Shown: piece after piece, positions 1 through 8,864 of the stretch
How the letters are laid out: every line of letters begins with the position of its first letter
How positions within the stretch are numbered: the first letter of the stretch is position 1
From: a virus
Reading direction: 5' to 3' (one strand)
IMG/VR virus record: IMGVR_UViG_3300022746_000019
Span: 26,008-90,007 of that record
Length of the DNA stretch: 64,000 nucleotides
Made by a program: the position numbers and the translations under genes
Notes under the pieces: generated by a model
Seen by the model: the letters and a program-made list of their open reading frames with translations, nothing else
Database searches by the model: none
Told to the model about the DNA's origin: nothing

Positions 1-879
1 GTTCAGGAAGTCTGGATCATCGATGGAGCCAATGAGAAGTTCTGCGGAGCGGCGGACATTGCCCGATACGACGCAGACGCCAATGAGGTTGCCAATGTCA
101 GCAATGTCCTTGCGGGTGACCTGCTCACCGGCGCGTCCCTTGAACAAGTTAGCAATGTGATTGTGCAAACGCATAAGTGGCTCGGGGCCAGCTGCGGTGC
201 CGCCGAAAGTGCGGATGGGTTCTCCCGCCAAACGAATCTGGGAGTAGTCAAACTCCACGCATGGCTGATCCGACTTCAAGTAGGAGTTGATTACCTCAAC
301 CACGGACTCTACCCAGCCTTCGCGAGTGTCCGGAATGACCGCGGTCTTGCACTCGTCCTTGGGCTGGTAGATGGTGAATCCCTTGTCCGCACCCTTCTGG
401 TCGAACCCGACACCGACGCCCAGCATGGACGCTTCCATGAGGAACGCGAACGGAGCGGCGGGGTTGTTCTTCGTCATGCTCTCGGTGCTGACGAACGCAC
501 AGTTCTGCAGGGCGGCACTGTTCTTCTGCTCATTGACGAGCGGGGTACCCATGACCCACAGCCCACGACCGGGCGGAGTCCACTTGAGGTTGAACAGTCG
601 ATCGAAGGCTTCTTTGGCCGACGCAGCGGCGCGGCTGTCATTCCAGGGAAGTCGGTTGGACTTGCAGTGATCCTTCTGCAGGCTGTACATACCGTTGATG
701 ACGCGCTCGCAAACATCTACCCAAGTCTCCTTGGTGCCGTCCTCTTTCAAACGACTGTAGGTGCGGAGAAATGTAATCTCACCAACGGAATTACCGGCGG
801 CATCTCGATACCCCCAAGGAACGGGTTTGCCTCTGTAACCAGCGACAAAGTCTTCAGCAAGACGGAACGAAAGTGCCAT
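1..879 (-). CDS. nrdJ: Adenosylcobalamin-dependent (class II, RTPR-type) ribonucleotide reductase, N-terminal part; truncated by window start
   Basis: Missing from the ORF track because there is no stop in the window. My translation from the ATG at 879 gives MALSFRLAEDFV...ITFLRTYSR...WTPPGRGLWVMG...ALQNCAFVST...MEASMLGVGVGFD...IPDTREGWV...DIGNLIGVCVVSGNVRRSAE, which are hallmark RTPR motifs. Confidence 0.93.
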   Translation of the reverse strand, partial: MALSFRLAEDFVAGYRGKPVPWGYRDAAGNSVGEITFLRTYSRLKEDGTKETWVDVCERVINGMYSLQKDHCKSNRLPWNDSRAAASAKEAFDRLFNLKWTPPGRGLWVMGTPLVNEQKNSAALQNCAFVSTESMTKNNPAAPFAFLMEASMLGVGVGFDQKGADKGFTIYQPKDECKTAVIPDTREGWVESVVEVINSYLKSDQPCVEFDYSQIRLAGEPIRTFGGTAAGPEPLMRLHNHIANLFKGRAGEQVTRKDIADIGNLIGVCVVSGNVRRSAELLIGSIDDPDFLN

Positions 880-1100
880 TAATTTACTCCTCTAAGGTTG
901 CGTACTTTATTTTCACATTTTTGACACTCAACCCATTGGGACGGGAAAGTGTAAGAATCATTGTCTATGCGGGCGGTGGGGCGGTCAGCATCATGCTCTA
1001 CGCGAACCCCGCAAAATGACTTTAAGCCTGGGGCTTCCTCAATCTGATCGGTGGCATGCCAAACACCCGTACCACTGCGGACTGCGTAGTGCCTATTCAT
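879..1100 (-). CDS. Small hypothetical protein with His/Cys (putative Zn-binding)
   Basis: 73 aa, AGGAG RBS, WH...C...CQKC; stop overlaps the nrdJ start. Confidence 0.6.
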   Translation of the reverse strand: MNRHYAVRSGTGVWHATDQIEEAPGLKSFCGVRVEHDADRPTARIDNDSYTFPSQWVECQKCENKVRNLRGVN

Positions 1101-1155
1101 TATTCTCCTAGAGTGTGCAGTTTCATGCAGTTGTGGTAGGACATATCAACTATGT

Positions 1156-2556
1156 CTAACCTTCAATTTGACCTTGGATAACCTTAGTCGTTTGGTCTTC
1201 GGTGAGGCCTTCGTTGGGCAGATTCTGCAATACAGCAGCCCTGTCGCCAAACAGATTGGAAAGAACTCCGCTGGATGCCCGGCCTTCAACAGTCATCCTA
1301 ATGAAGGATTGCGAATCATCCAAATCTTTGGTGGTCTTCAGCATTCGGAACAGCCGGTCGACCTCTTGGGAAACATTCGGATCTGGGTATCCGCCGTTCA
1401 TTTCCTCACTAAAACGCGCAAAAGCAATGCGTTGTCCCTGCATTTCAATCATGGTATTAATCAAGGCTTTGAGTTGCTCTTTGGTCTTTACCTCGACAGG
1501 GAGTTTGAAAGCGCACTGGGTGTTGGGCTTGAAAGCGGGGCAGTTGTCGGCTACGAAGCAGGTATTGCACATACGCAGCGAGGCGGACTGGGAGGTGAGC
1601 AGCGGGACATCCTTGACCACATCGCGGCCATCTTCGTCCTTCTCAATAACGCTGGAAACCTCGACTCCGAATACCGGAAGCTGCATCATTTCGGTCTCGG
1701 AACGGGCAGAAAACTTCCGTGCCACTACCCCCGACTTATCAACATCCCCGGAGTCAAGTTCCGTGCGAGTTTCTTCATCCATTCCATCGTACCTATCAAC
1801 TATGTTCCCTGTATTAACGCGTGCCTCGTATTGGGCGTACGACCACAGGGCGAGTTTGCTTACTTCTTTGGAATCATCCTCAAGAATTTTGTTGAAGTCG
1901 AGCCCAGCCTTATCGTACATATGCGTGTACCGGGGACGCGCCTGCTCTCGCATTCGCTTCGGGTACCGGACAAGTCTAGTGCCGTCCCAGACAATAGTCT
2001 CCCCTCGCATCATGGGGGACAACCACGACATAGTGCTGGCGGTCTCTACTCGGACTTGTCGCAGGGAGTCGGGCTTGGCGCAGGCTACGGCGTGGAAGCG
2101 GGCACCTTCGCCGTGGAGGCTTTGGGTGGCTGCGGCGAGGAAGTAATTGGTCTCAATATCCTCACCCTTGATACCGATGTTCTTAACGCCTCGGTCCACC
2201 AGCTTCTCCAAGCCGGGTCGGCCGGTCTCGGCGTCCCACATATGAATGACTCGATCTCCCCAGTGCGGCAGGGGCGGGACATCGGCGTAGATGTATTCGA
2301 TACGGCTCAGGTTGAGGTCTACGAAGTCCAGATACTTGCTCTCGTAGTCATCTGGGATGTCCTCGTCCTTGGGGTGACCAGAGTAGACATGGATGCGCAT
2401 GTTGTCGGGGAAATAATCTTCCAGACGGTACTCTTTGGTCTTCGGCAGCCCGCGCTTGTAGGCTCGCCAGAATGAAAACCCGACATTCGAAATGCCGGAT
2501 TCTTCGAGTATTACGCGGTTCGACGGTACATCGGAACCTAGGTAGACAATTTTCAT
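1156..2556 (-). CDS. TGT (tRNA-guanine transglycosylase)-like fold protein with degenerate catalytic motifs and a C-terminal Cys-rich domain
   Basis: 466 aa. Motif order resembles phage TGT-like proteins (VYLG..FSF; VYSG~LDSG; IGIKG; FHAVA~HGFG; TASTMSW~VDSTSW). C-terminal CNTC-x5-C-x8-C. Confidence 0.5.
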   Translation of the reverse strand: MKIVYLGSDVPSNRVILEESGISNVGFSFWRAYKRGLPKTKEYRLEDYFPDNMRIHVYSGHPKDEDIPDDYESKYLDFVDLNLSRIEYIYADVPPLPHWGDRVIHMWDAETGRPGLEKLVDRGVKNIGIKGEDIETNYFLAAATQSLHGEGARFHAVACAKPDSLRQVRVETASTMSWLSPMMRGETIVWDGTRLVRYPKRMREQARPRYTHMYDKAGLDFNKILEDDSKEVSKLALWSYAQYEARVNTGNIVDRYDGMDEETRTELDSGDVDKSGVVARKFSARSETEMMQLPVFGVEVSSVIEKDEDGRDVVKDVPLLTSQSASLRMCNTCFVADNCPAFKPNTQCAFKLPVEVKTKEQLKALINTMIEMQGQRIAFARFSEEMNGGYPDPNVSQEVDRLFRMLKTTKDLDDSQSFIRMTVEGRASSGVLSNLFGDRAAVLQNLPNEGLTEDQTTKVIQGQIEG

Positions 2557-3017
2557 TTAACGCGGTCGTCCTCCGCGTACAGTCCTTGCTGCCGTCCAAG
2601 TTCGGCAATGATGTCATCCCACGAGGCTCGGTTCCTGCCGTCAGGTCGGAACTCTGGGCGGATGTACATTGGGTGCAAGAACAGGAATGTGTTAAGCCCA
2701 GCCTCAAGCAGTCGGGTTGCCAGTTCAACATCGGCGGTAATAACCAAATCTACTCGGCCTCTGGCACGGCAATATTCAACAAGCTTGAAGTCTTGATCTT
2801 CTTTGCCCGGAAGCACGGAGTAATCCACCATGTCGTCCACAGTGCCAATGTTCACAGACTTAAGCCAGCGGTCGGTGTCGCGGTTGTCCTTGGACAGGAC
2901 GGTGACTTTCTTAGAGTCTTTGACCGCGTTAAGGATGGCGGTAACTTCGTAGATGGGCGAACCCTTGGGGTTACGCAATACATCGTCCAAAAAAATCAAA
3001 AGCATATGTTTGTCCAA
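2553..3017 (-). CDS. HAD-superfamily-like protein with degenerate motif I
   Basis: 154 aa; LIFLDDVL (cf. hhDxDGVL), VTVLS, WL, DLVITAD; overlaps the next gene by 4 nt. Confidence 0.5.
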   Translation of the reverse strand: MDKHMLLIFLDDVLRNPKGSPIYEVTAILNAVKDSKKVTVLSKDNRDTDRWLKSVNIGTVDDMVDYSVLPGKEDQDFKLVEYCRARGRVDLVITADVELATRLLEAGLNTFLFLHPMYIRPEFRPDGRNRASWDDIIAELGRQQGLYAEDDRVK

Positions 3018-3035
3018 CCGTCGTATAGACGTAGT

Positions 3036-3974
3036 TTAGTGGGTTCGGTACTGGGATGCAGCGCGGCGAATCAGCGTGGCTGCGTCGGGGAGTTCCACCC
3101 CGTACAAGGAAACATCAGACTCTTTCTGAGCCTTCTTTACCAAGTCTTTAAGGGACTTCATAGCCTGGACAGTTCCAGACGCCTTACCACTCTGCCACCT
3201 GAAATTGGCAAAGTCGGAGTAACCGGCACCTTTAGGGCTGAATGCTTGGGTCCGACCTCCGTGAATTTCCTCAAACAATGCCGCGCCCTGTTTGGCGGCC
3301 AGCAACAGGGCTGTCTGGGCGTTACTGGTAGTGATTGCATCACGCGCCATGGTCAAATCATTAAGGGCTTGCTGGTAACGGGAAACGATGTCCTGCGCCA
3401 TTCTGGCGTCACGGTTTGCCTCAGAAAACCAATGCTCAGGGAATTTGGTCTCGTCTGCCGTTGGCTCTACGGTCCAATCGTCACGCGTCAGGGAGTACGC
3501 GGCGTAGGGCTTGATAGTTACAATATCGCTGGCGGTATTGACAAAAAATGTCAACTCAAACGCGCCCATGAACTCTTCGGTGGTGGGGTGAACATCCTCG
3601 CGAAACGCTTCGTTCATCATGTCGGCAATCTCTTTGTCAGACATACCAAAGTAACGGGTGTTTGCTTCGCGAAACGCTACGAAATTAACCCCTACCAGAC
3701 AATCCAAGTCTCCGGGCGAACGATGAGCAGTCCACTGGTACGAAACGCCCGATCCAGCCAACCATACGGTAGTCCAAGACTCTGGGCTGGAGTAATACTG
3801 GTTTAGGTGGCCGTACAAAACGCCTAGGACAGCGTTGCGAACAGACGGAATAAGTTTGGAGCCCCGGAACAGACGCGGGTCCAACATCAACGCTGGCGCT
3901 GAAAAGTAGGATGTCTGCGACTCTACAATCTGTACCGGGGAAGCCTGCGACCTCAGGGCTTCATAAAGGTCCAC
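3036..3974 (-). CDS. Pol-beta superfamily nucleotidyltransferase
   Basis: WLAGSGVSYQW...GDLDCLV (GS..DxD) plus a third acidic residue in ELTFFVN. Confidence 0.75.
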   Translation of the reverse strand: MDLYEALRSQASPVQIVESQTSYFSAPALMLDPRLFRGSKLIPSVRNAVLGVLYGHLNQYYSSPESWTTVWLAGSGVSYQWTAHRSPGDLDCLVGVNFVAFREANTRYFGMSDKEIADMMNEAFREDVHPTTEEFMGAFELTFFVNTASDIVTIKPYAAYSLTRDDWTVEPTADETKFPEHWFSEANRDARMAQDIVSRYQQALNDLTMARDAITTSNAQTALLLAAKQGAALFEEIHGGRTQAFSPKGAGYSDFANFRWQSGKASGTVQAMKSLKDLVKKAQKESDVSLYGVELPDAATLIRRAASQYRTH

Positions 3975-4171
3975 TAGTTATCTCCGTCTTTGAGCGGCAT
4001 TTTTACAGTCTTCGTGCTTCGCCGTTCTTCAGTGACTAACGGGGCCATGAAGCCGTGTTGGGCGTGCGCGTCGGCAAACCGTTGCGCCCACAGCAACAGC
4101 AAATTATCTGAGGCATCTGGGAGGTCAAGTTGCAAATCTGCGCCGCAGGTGCAAGTCATCGTGATAAGCAT
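3974..4171 (-). CDS. Hypothetical protein (CxCG..H)
   Basis: 65 aa, GGAGG RBS, coupled to the NTase start. Confidence 0.65.
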   Translation of the reverse strand: MLITMTCTCGADLQLDLPDASDNLLLLWAQRFADAHAQHGFMAPLVTEERRSTKTVKMPLKDGDN

Positions 4172-4196
4172 TGGTCCTCCTATACCCTAGTTTACT

Positions 4197-4730
4197 CTAG
4201 TTATACAGGCCTTTTGCTTTGAAGGCCAGCTTCTGCTTTGCGCTCTTAACTGGGCAAAAATCGCACAGGTAGACTTGCGGGGAACGGGAGCTTCCGAGAC
4301 CGGCATCTCTGCGTTCCTTGTCGGTTCCGGGCTTCAACAACTTTCGATCATGCTTGTAATCGCCACAATCTAACGTTCGATTGTGCAATTTCCAACAAGT
4401 CATGGCGTCTTCGCCAAATTGGGATTTGGTGTTGTAGTAATTGGTTCCGAATACGTCAAGACCAGCGGATCCGCCCTCGCGAATCTGCGCCATGATGGAC
4501 TCTTTGACATCGGGACGCGCCCAGTACTTGACGGGAAACTTGTACAACTGTCCGAGGTGGGGCTCAGGGTTTTGATGACGCTCTACGGTAAGCTGTAGCA
4601 AGACATCGTCAGCTGGGCTGCCGTCCCAATCGGGAAGTTCTTCTGCCGATTTGCATGTACGGCAAACAAGGAGCCGAATCTGCGGCTCCGTGCGTTCCTG
4701 TACGGCGAGGTCTTTCGGGTCTACTGCCAT
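4197..4730 (-). CDS. Hypothetical Zn-binding protein
   Basis: 177 aa, AGGAG RBS, CRTC..H..H and C..H..C..CDFC. Confidence 0.75.
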   Translation of the reverse strand: MAVDPKDLAVQERTEPQIRLLVCRTCKSAEELPDWDGSPADDVLLQLTVERHQNPEPHLGQLYKFPVKYWARPDVKESIMAQIREGGSAGLDVFGTNYYNTKSQFGEDAMTCWKLHNRTLDCGDYKHDRKLLKPGTDKERRDAGLGSSRSPQVYLCDFCPVKSAKQKLAFKAKGLYN

Positions 4731-4766
4731 GTTGTGCTCCTAATAAATGACGAGTAAGTGTATCGA

Positions 4767-5267
4767 CTAACCTCGCGGTCGTCTAAAGTCTTCTGCCTTT
4801 GGGGCGTTGGTGCAAGTTTCGCCAGCTTGTGCGCAGTTAGTGATAACGTTTGCTCCGCCACCGTGCTCGTGGGTTCGACCGCATCCTGGGGTTGAACAAG
4901 GAATTTCCATACCAGCAGTTGCTTTTACGCCTCTTTTTAGCGCGTCGTGGACTAGATTTCGCGATGCTTCGGCAGCTCCGCGGTTTTTGCGGGCTGAGTG
5001 ACTGATGAAATTTGCCGAATCTTGCGCAAGTGCAGCCTGGTCTGAGGTGGCGGCGGTGCGCCCCTTAAAACCAGCCTCACCGCTCCAGCCTGCGAGGAGT
5101 CGGTCCTCACTAGGGCTAAGCTGGCTCTGTACTGAACCGTACTCTTTTTCTTGCGCAGCTGAACTTGCGGAAAGTTCACGCTCTACAGCGCTATTTTTAG
5201 CCTTACGCTGGGCGTTGCGTTTTTCAATTTCGGCTGAAAGGTCTTCGTGTTCGGGTAGGCCTGCCAT
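4767..5267 (-). CDS. Hypothetical protein
   Basis: 166 aa, fits minus-strand gene tiling. Confidence 0.6.
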   Translation of the reverse strand: MAGLPEHEDLSAEIEKRNAQRKAKNSAVERELSASSAAQEKEYGSVQSQLSPSEDRLLAGWSGEAGFKGRTAATSDQAALAQDSANFISHSARKNRGAAEASRNLVHDALKRGVKATAGMEIPCSTPGCGRTHEHGGGANVITNCAQAGETCTNAPKAEDFRRPRG

Positions 5268-5344
5268 TTCAATTACCCGCGAATTCCGCCGGAGGCTTGT
5301 CCTGGGGTATGAAGAATAGATTGAACTGACAATTGTGACATTTA

Positions 5345-5551
5345 TTACGCTCCTGGGTTTACTTTGACTGGCTCTTCGGAATTAATAAACCCATAGTTCA
5401 TGTATGGGTGCAGACCGGCGCGGTTCTGCACGACTGCCTGATCGCCCATGCCGGGGGCAACGGTGGTGTTGGGGCGGCGCTTACGGTACTTACCGTCGGT
5501 TGCGCCTTCCAGCAATTCGGCGTTCTCGGAGCGCGCTTTACGAACTGTCAT
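5345..5551 (-). CDS. Hypothetical protein
   Basis: 68 aa, AAGGA RBS. Confidence 0.65.
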   Translation of the reverse strand: MTVRKARSENAELLEGATDGKYRKRRPNTTVAPGMGDQAVVQNRAGLHPYMNYGFINSEEPVKVNPGA

Positions 5552-5559
5552 GGCTGTCC

Positions 5560-5814
5560 TTAAATCTCTCCGTTAAAACGGTCGGGGTCAATCCGTTTTG
5601 CTTTTTCTCGGGCTTCGGCCGCCTTAGGAGTTGGCGAAACATACGGATCAGTGGGGGTAACGGCCGGTCGCGGTGCGCGAATTACGCCTTCACCTCGTGG
5701 TGATACTTTAGGTTCGGTAGACCTGTAACCGCTTGCGTAACCGCGGACGTGCTTGTCTGCGGCCTTCCAAATTTGACGGGCGGGGTCTTTTCCGCGGTCT
5801 TTAGGTGCGCTCAT
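5560..5814 (-). CDS. Hypothetical basic protein
   Basis: 84 aa, abuts the upstream stop. Confidence 0.55.
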   Translation of the reverse strand: MSAPKDRGKDPARQIWKAADKHVRGYASGYRSTEPKVSPRGEGVIRAPRPAVTPTDPYVSPTPKAAEAREKAKRIDPDRFNGEI

Positions 5815-6033
5815 TTATACCATTCCGTTCTTGAAGCGAGTGCTGTGGGCTTTACGCCTACAGGTAGGGCAAAGGCTGTCAAGGAGCGCTTCGTACGGGT
5901 CCATGTTGTACCCGCAGTTCTTGCATCCCTTGGTACCATTATAAAGGGTTTTCTGGGTAGAAAACTTGACATCCGTGGCACCGGCCATGCCTTCGCCCGT
6001 AGAATCTGTAAAAAGGCCCGGATCGTTAATCAT
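5815..6033 (-). CDS. Hypothetical zinc-ribbon protein
   Basis: CKNC...CPTC; ATGA overlap with the upstream gene. Confidence 0.7.
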   Translation of the reverse strand: MINDPGLFTDSTGEGMAGATDVKFSTQKTLYNGTKGCKNCGYNMDPYEALLDSLCPTCRRKAHSTRFKNGMV

Positions 6034-6395
6034 ACTGACTCTCCTAGGGTATTTCGGCTGGTGGACTGGGTGGTATTGGGTGTCTGACTATGGTCAGACT
6101 CTACACGCTGTTCCTGCACACGACCACGAAGCTGGACAATGTCCTCAATCCCCACCTGGTCGGTCCAATAACCGTACTTTTGGGGGAAAAGGCGCACCTG
6201 CGGGAGCGGCGGACGGACATACTCATGAATTTCTTCAGAGGTCATGGTAGAAACGGCCATAGCCTGGTTCAGCATCCGCTCCATATTGCTGGAGAATGGA
6301 CCAATGTAAGCCTGTGGTGGGTAAGCAATTCTCGTGTCTGCGACCCACGGCTTGGTGCGGTCGTACTGTGCGTCAAACTCCGACACTACTGCCAC
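6030..6395 (-). CDS. Hypothetical protein
   Basis: 121 aa, overlapping operon tiling. Confidence 0.6.
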   Translation of the reverse strand: MAVVSEFDAQYDRTKPWVADTRIAYPPQAYIGPFSSNMERMLNQAMAVSTMTSEEIHEYVRPPLPQVRLFPQKYGYWTDQVGIEDIVQLRGRVQEQRVESDHSQTPNTTQSTSRNTLGESV

Positions 6396-6922
6396 CGGGG
6401 TTTCAGGCGGGACAACTGATTCACGCGGCGCTGGTCGATTTCGCCCGGCGAGGTGCTGACCGTGTTGGCCTTACCGTCGTTAGGCAAGTGAGGGGCTGGT
6501 ACCAGTTCGACTTCTGGGGCATTTCTCAGGCTGGTAATGGTGTTTCCTTGGCGCATGGCGGTCTGCATCTGGCGCAGAATACCACGGTCATTTCGCAAGG
6601 ACTCTGGGTAGTAGTAATCAGACGGGTCGATGCGCTCGCCACGATGGACGCCGCGCTGGTATGAACGCTGGGTTACTCGAATCTTGACGGCGTCTAGGGC
6701 GCGCTCTGAGCCGCCGTTTGCCTTGCCTCGATCATCGCGGCGGGTGCGGATTGTTCCAAGGTAGCCGTCTGGGTATTCTGCGGACGGCTCTCGGCCTACG
6801 CCCATACGCAGGAAGTCGAGCTCAGAACGGGCTACGGGTACGCCACCGCCGCCATAGGCGGTGTTGGTACCGTACATTCCGCCGGCACCTAGGTATTGGA
6901 TGTTTTGGTGAAGCCCTGCCAT
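6386..6922 (-). CDS. Hypothetical protein
   Basis: 178 aa, RBS present, first gene after an intergenic gap. Confidence 0.7.
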   Translation of the reverse strand: MAGLHQNIQYLGAGGMYGTNTAYGGGGVPVARSELDFLRMGVGREPSAEYPDGYLGTIRTRRDDRGKANGGSERALDAVKIRVTQRSYQRGVHRGERIDPSDYYYPESLRNDRGILRQMQTAMRQGNTITSLRNAPEVELVPAPHLPNDGKANTVSTSPGEIDQRRVNQLSRLKPRWQ

Positions 6923-7029
6923 CAGTCCCCACCTACCTTTTCTAACATACGGCGACTAGTTGTCGAGACACTGCGGGTGTAAGACATCTGCCCTATTGTA
7001 AACTTTTTATCGTCGTCAATATGGTCAAA

Positions 7030-7596
7030 CTATGCGAGGCGTTTTTGGTAAAAAACCGTGGCTTCTTGGCCTGTCCCGATATCCCAATCGCCGGCTACTT
7101 CAATCGCCCGCTCTAGGCTCGCTTGGGTGAACTTCTTGACGCTTGACAGGAACCCCAACGCGTAGGCGGATCCGGATCCTTGGGCATAAATACCGCGCTG
7201 GTCCTGCGTGATGCCCCACTCGGCATCCACGGAAAACACGACACCGTTCACGCAAACAATCATGTCAATGCCGTATTCGTCTGGCTTTTCCTGGATTAAC
7301 TCAACGGGGTACTTATGCTCCAGATACAAGTTTTGCAGGTACGGAACAAAAGTGCGTGCCATAAAACGCGTCAAATGTTCAATATCTGATGTCTCAGGCG
7401 GTTCTGGTGGGGTAGCGAGCCATTTAATGATGTTAAGGGCTCGTATGTCGCCGGCTCCAGCAATTAGGTAATGCTGATCATTGTAGATTTTGTAATCGTC
7501 TGGGGATAGGCGCCATCTACGCGATACCTCAGTAGCTTGTGTATCTGCGGCCATATATGCGCCGGTGCTTGTCTGCACCGCAATAATCGTAGTCAT
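7030..7596 (-). CDS. Proteasome beta-subunit/HslV-like Ntn-hydrolase (Thr protease)
   Basis: N-terminal M-TTIIAV, MAADTQAT, conserved K in KI, IAGAG, QGSGSAYALG, WDIGTG. Confidence 0.85.
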   Translation of the reverse strand: MTTIIAVQTSTGAYMAADTQATEVSRRWRLSPDDYKIYNDQHYLIAGAGDIRALNIIKWLATPPEPPETSDIEHLTRFMARTFVPYLQNLYLEHKYPVELIQEKPDEYGIDMIVCVNGVVFSVDAEWGITQDQRGIYAQGSGSAYALGFLSSVKKFTQASLERAIEVAGDWDIGTGQEATVFYQKRLA

Positions 7597-7619
7597 GCTC
7601 TACCCAACATTATTTAACG

Positions 7620-7769
7620 CTATTTACGCGTCTTCTCAATCTTAAGCTCAAGTAGCGCGTCCAAGATATGTTCAGCCAACCATCGGAGTTCTACATCCGT
7701 AAGGGGCAGGCCAAACATATTAATCTTCAACGCTTCGGCAATTTTATCAATTTTTTTCTTGCGCTTCAC
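7620..7769 (-). CDS. Small hypothetical protein (49 aa)
   Basis: Own translation from GTG: MKRKKKIDKIAEALKINMFG...; GAGGTG RBS. Confidence 0.45.
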   Translation of the reverse strand: MKRKKKIDKIAEALKINMFGLPLTDVELRWLAEHILDALLELKIEKTRK

Positions 7770-7887
7770 GGATCACCTCTGTAAGTTCTCGTATGGTTTC
7801 GGCTATTGCAAGCATGGCGTAAACTAAACCAACATTAGACGCCAATGCGGATTTTGCTGACAATGAATAGTCGTCATATTTACTCAT
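7747..7887 (-). CDS. Small hypothetical protein (46 aa)
   Basis: Own translation MSKYDDYSLSAKSALASNVGLVYAMLAIAE...; start overlaps the upstream stop. Confidence 0.4.
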   Translation of the reverse strand: MSKYDDYSLSAKSALASNVGLVYAMLAIAETIRELTEVIREAQEKN

Positions 7888-8104
7888 TCAACCCCTCCAA
7901 AGGGTCTTCTCCGTCTAAGGCTTTGATTGTTGGGCAGGGCCAATTGCCTGAGTCCGGATTGTCAAACTGGCAAAAACTGCAGAAATTATCTTTACCGTCA
8001 AAGTCTTTGATATGCAAGTCACGCACCCGCTGGATGGCTTCTTCAGCCTTTTCCAGCGAGTCATAATACTTCATGCGGTCACATTCATCACACATTTTAC
8101 TCAC
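7880..8104 (-). CDS. Small Zn-binding protein, QRVRxLH..CxxC..WPCxT family, copy 1
   Basis: AIQRVRDLH...CSFC...WPCPTIKALDGE. True start is probably 8104 or 8095 rather than 8233. Confidence 0.7.
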   Translation of the reverse strand: MSKMCDECDRMKYYDSLEKAEEAIQRVRDLHIKDFDGKDNFCSFCQFDNPDSGNWPCPTIKALDGEDPLEGLNE

Positions 8105-8294
8105 CGTCCAATGCTTCAAGGGTTTCGCACGGGTATGGCCCGCCGCATGTGCAATGCGGTTCATCTGGCTTTGGTTGATGCAGGTCACGCACTCGCTGAA
8201 CCTTTGCTGCCTCCATTTCCAGCCAGTAGGCAAGGTTGTCTACTTCGTTCGTAACCCTGTCAATCTGACGCTGGATTCGTTCGTCTCTGCTCAT
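8097..8294 (-). CDS. Small Zn-binding protein, same family, copy 2
   Basis: KVQRVRDLH...CTC..YPCETLEALDGE; GGAGG RBS. Confidence 0.7.
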   Translation of the reverse strand: MSRDERIQRQIDRVTNEVDNLAYWLEMEAAKVQRVRDLHQPKPDEPHCTCGGPYPCETLEALDGE

Positions 8295-8493
8295 ACTTTC
8301 CTCCTACTGAGTTGCACAGACATGTTTCTGAGCAATAAGTTTTTGGTGGTTCAGCTGCGCGTCCCCACTCAGATTTCCATACCATGAACCATCCTTCAGG
8401 AAGTTCTTTATCACGGTAGGACATTTCGCTAACGTTTTTGCTAACCTCAAATATGTTGCAATGGTCGCACACGGCTCCATATCCTACGCTCAT
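8260..8493 (-). CDS. Hypothetical Zn-binding protein
   Basis: CDHC...LPEGW...YCSETC. Confidence 0.6.
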   Translation of the reverse strand: MSVGYGAVCDHCNIFEVSKNVSEMSYRDKELPEGWFMVWKSEWGRAAEPPKTYCSETCLCNSVGGKYEQRRTNPASD

Positions 8494-8864
8494 ACCTGCT
8501 CACCGTCCATGTCGTCAGGGTGCGGGACAGGCTTAGGGTATTCCGAGTCCTCACCGTCCAATGCGCGGATAGTGGCGCACGGCCAATCTTCAGCACAGCC
8601 TAGACATTCGATGCCTTCATGGCCTTCGCCGCAGCACCCGTCAGTGCAACCGGGGATTTCCCATTCCTGTCCAACGTGCAGGTCGCGGACGCGTTGGATG
8701 GCTTCCTCAGCCTTCAATGCCCGCTTCAAGAAAGTTTCCATGCCAAGGACGGCATCGCCAATAAGGTCATATGGCACAGAAACAAACGGGGGTTCGCTTG
8801 GTTGCTGATAATGAATCATGTTCTGAATTGCCTGACGCATGGCAGTTGCCAGAGTGTCACTCAT
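8490..8864 (-). CDS. Small Zn-binding protein, same family, copy 3
   Basis: AIQRVRDLH...CLGC..WPCATIRALDGE. Confidence 0.7.
   Translation of the reverse strand: MSDTLATAMRQAIQNMIHYQQPSEPPFVSVPYDLIGDAVLGMETFLKRALKAEEAIQRVRDLHVGQEWEIPGCTDGCCGEGHEGIECLGCAEDWPCATIRALDGEDSEYPKPVPHPDDMDGEQV

Noticed and set aside
1156-2556. Functional DpdA 7-deazaguanine DNA modification system
   Set aside because: Expected catalytic Asp residues are not evident and no preQ0 pathway genes are in the window; retained only as TGT-like
157-3806. Long plus-strand ORFs (157-882, 1168-2475, 1202-2146, 2472-3806)
   Set aside because: They are antisense shadows of minus-strand genes with recognisable motifs and show no protein-like motifs themselves
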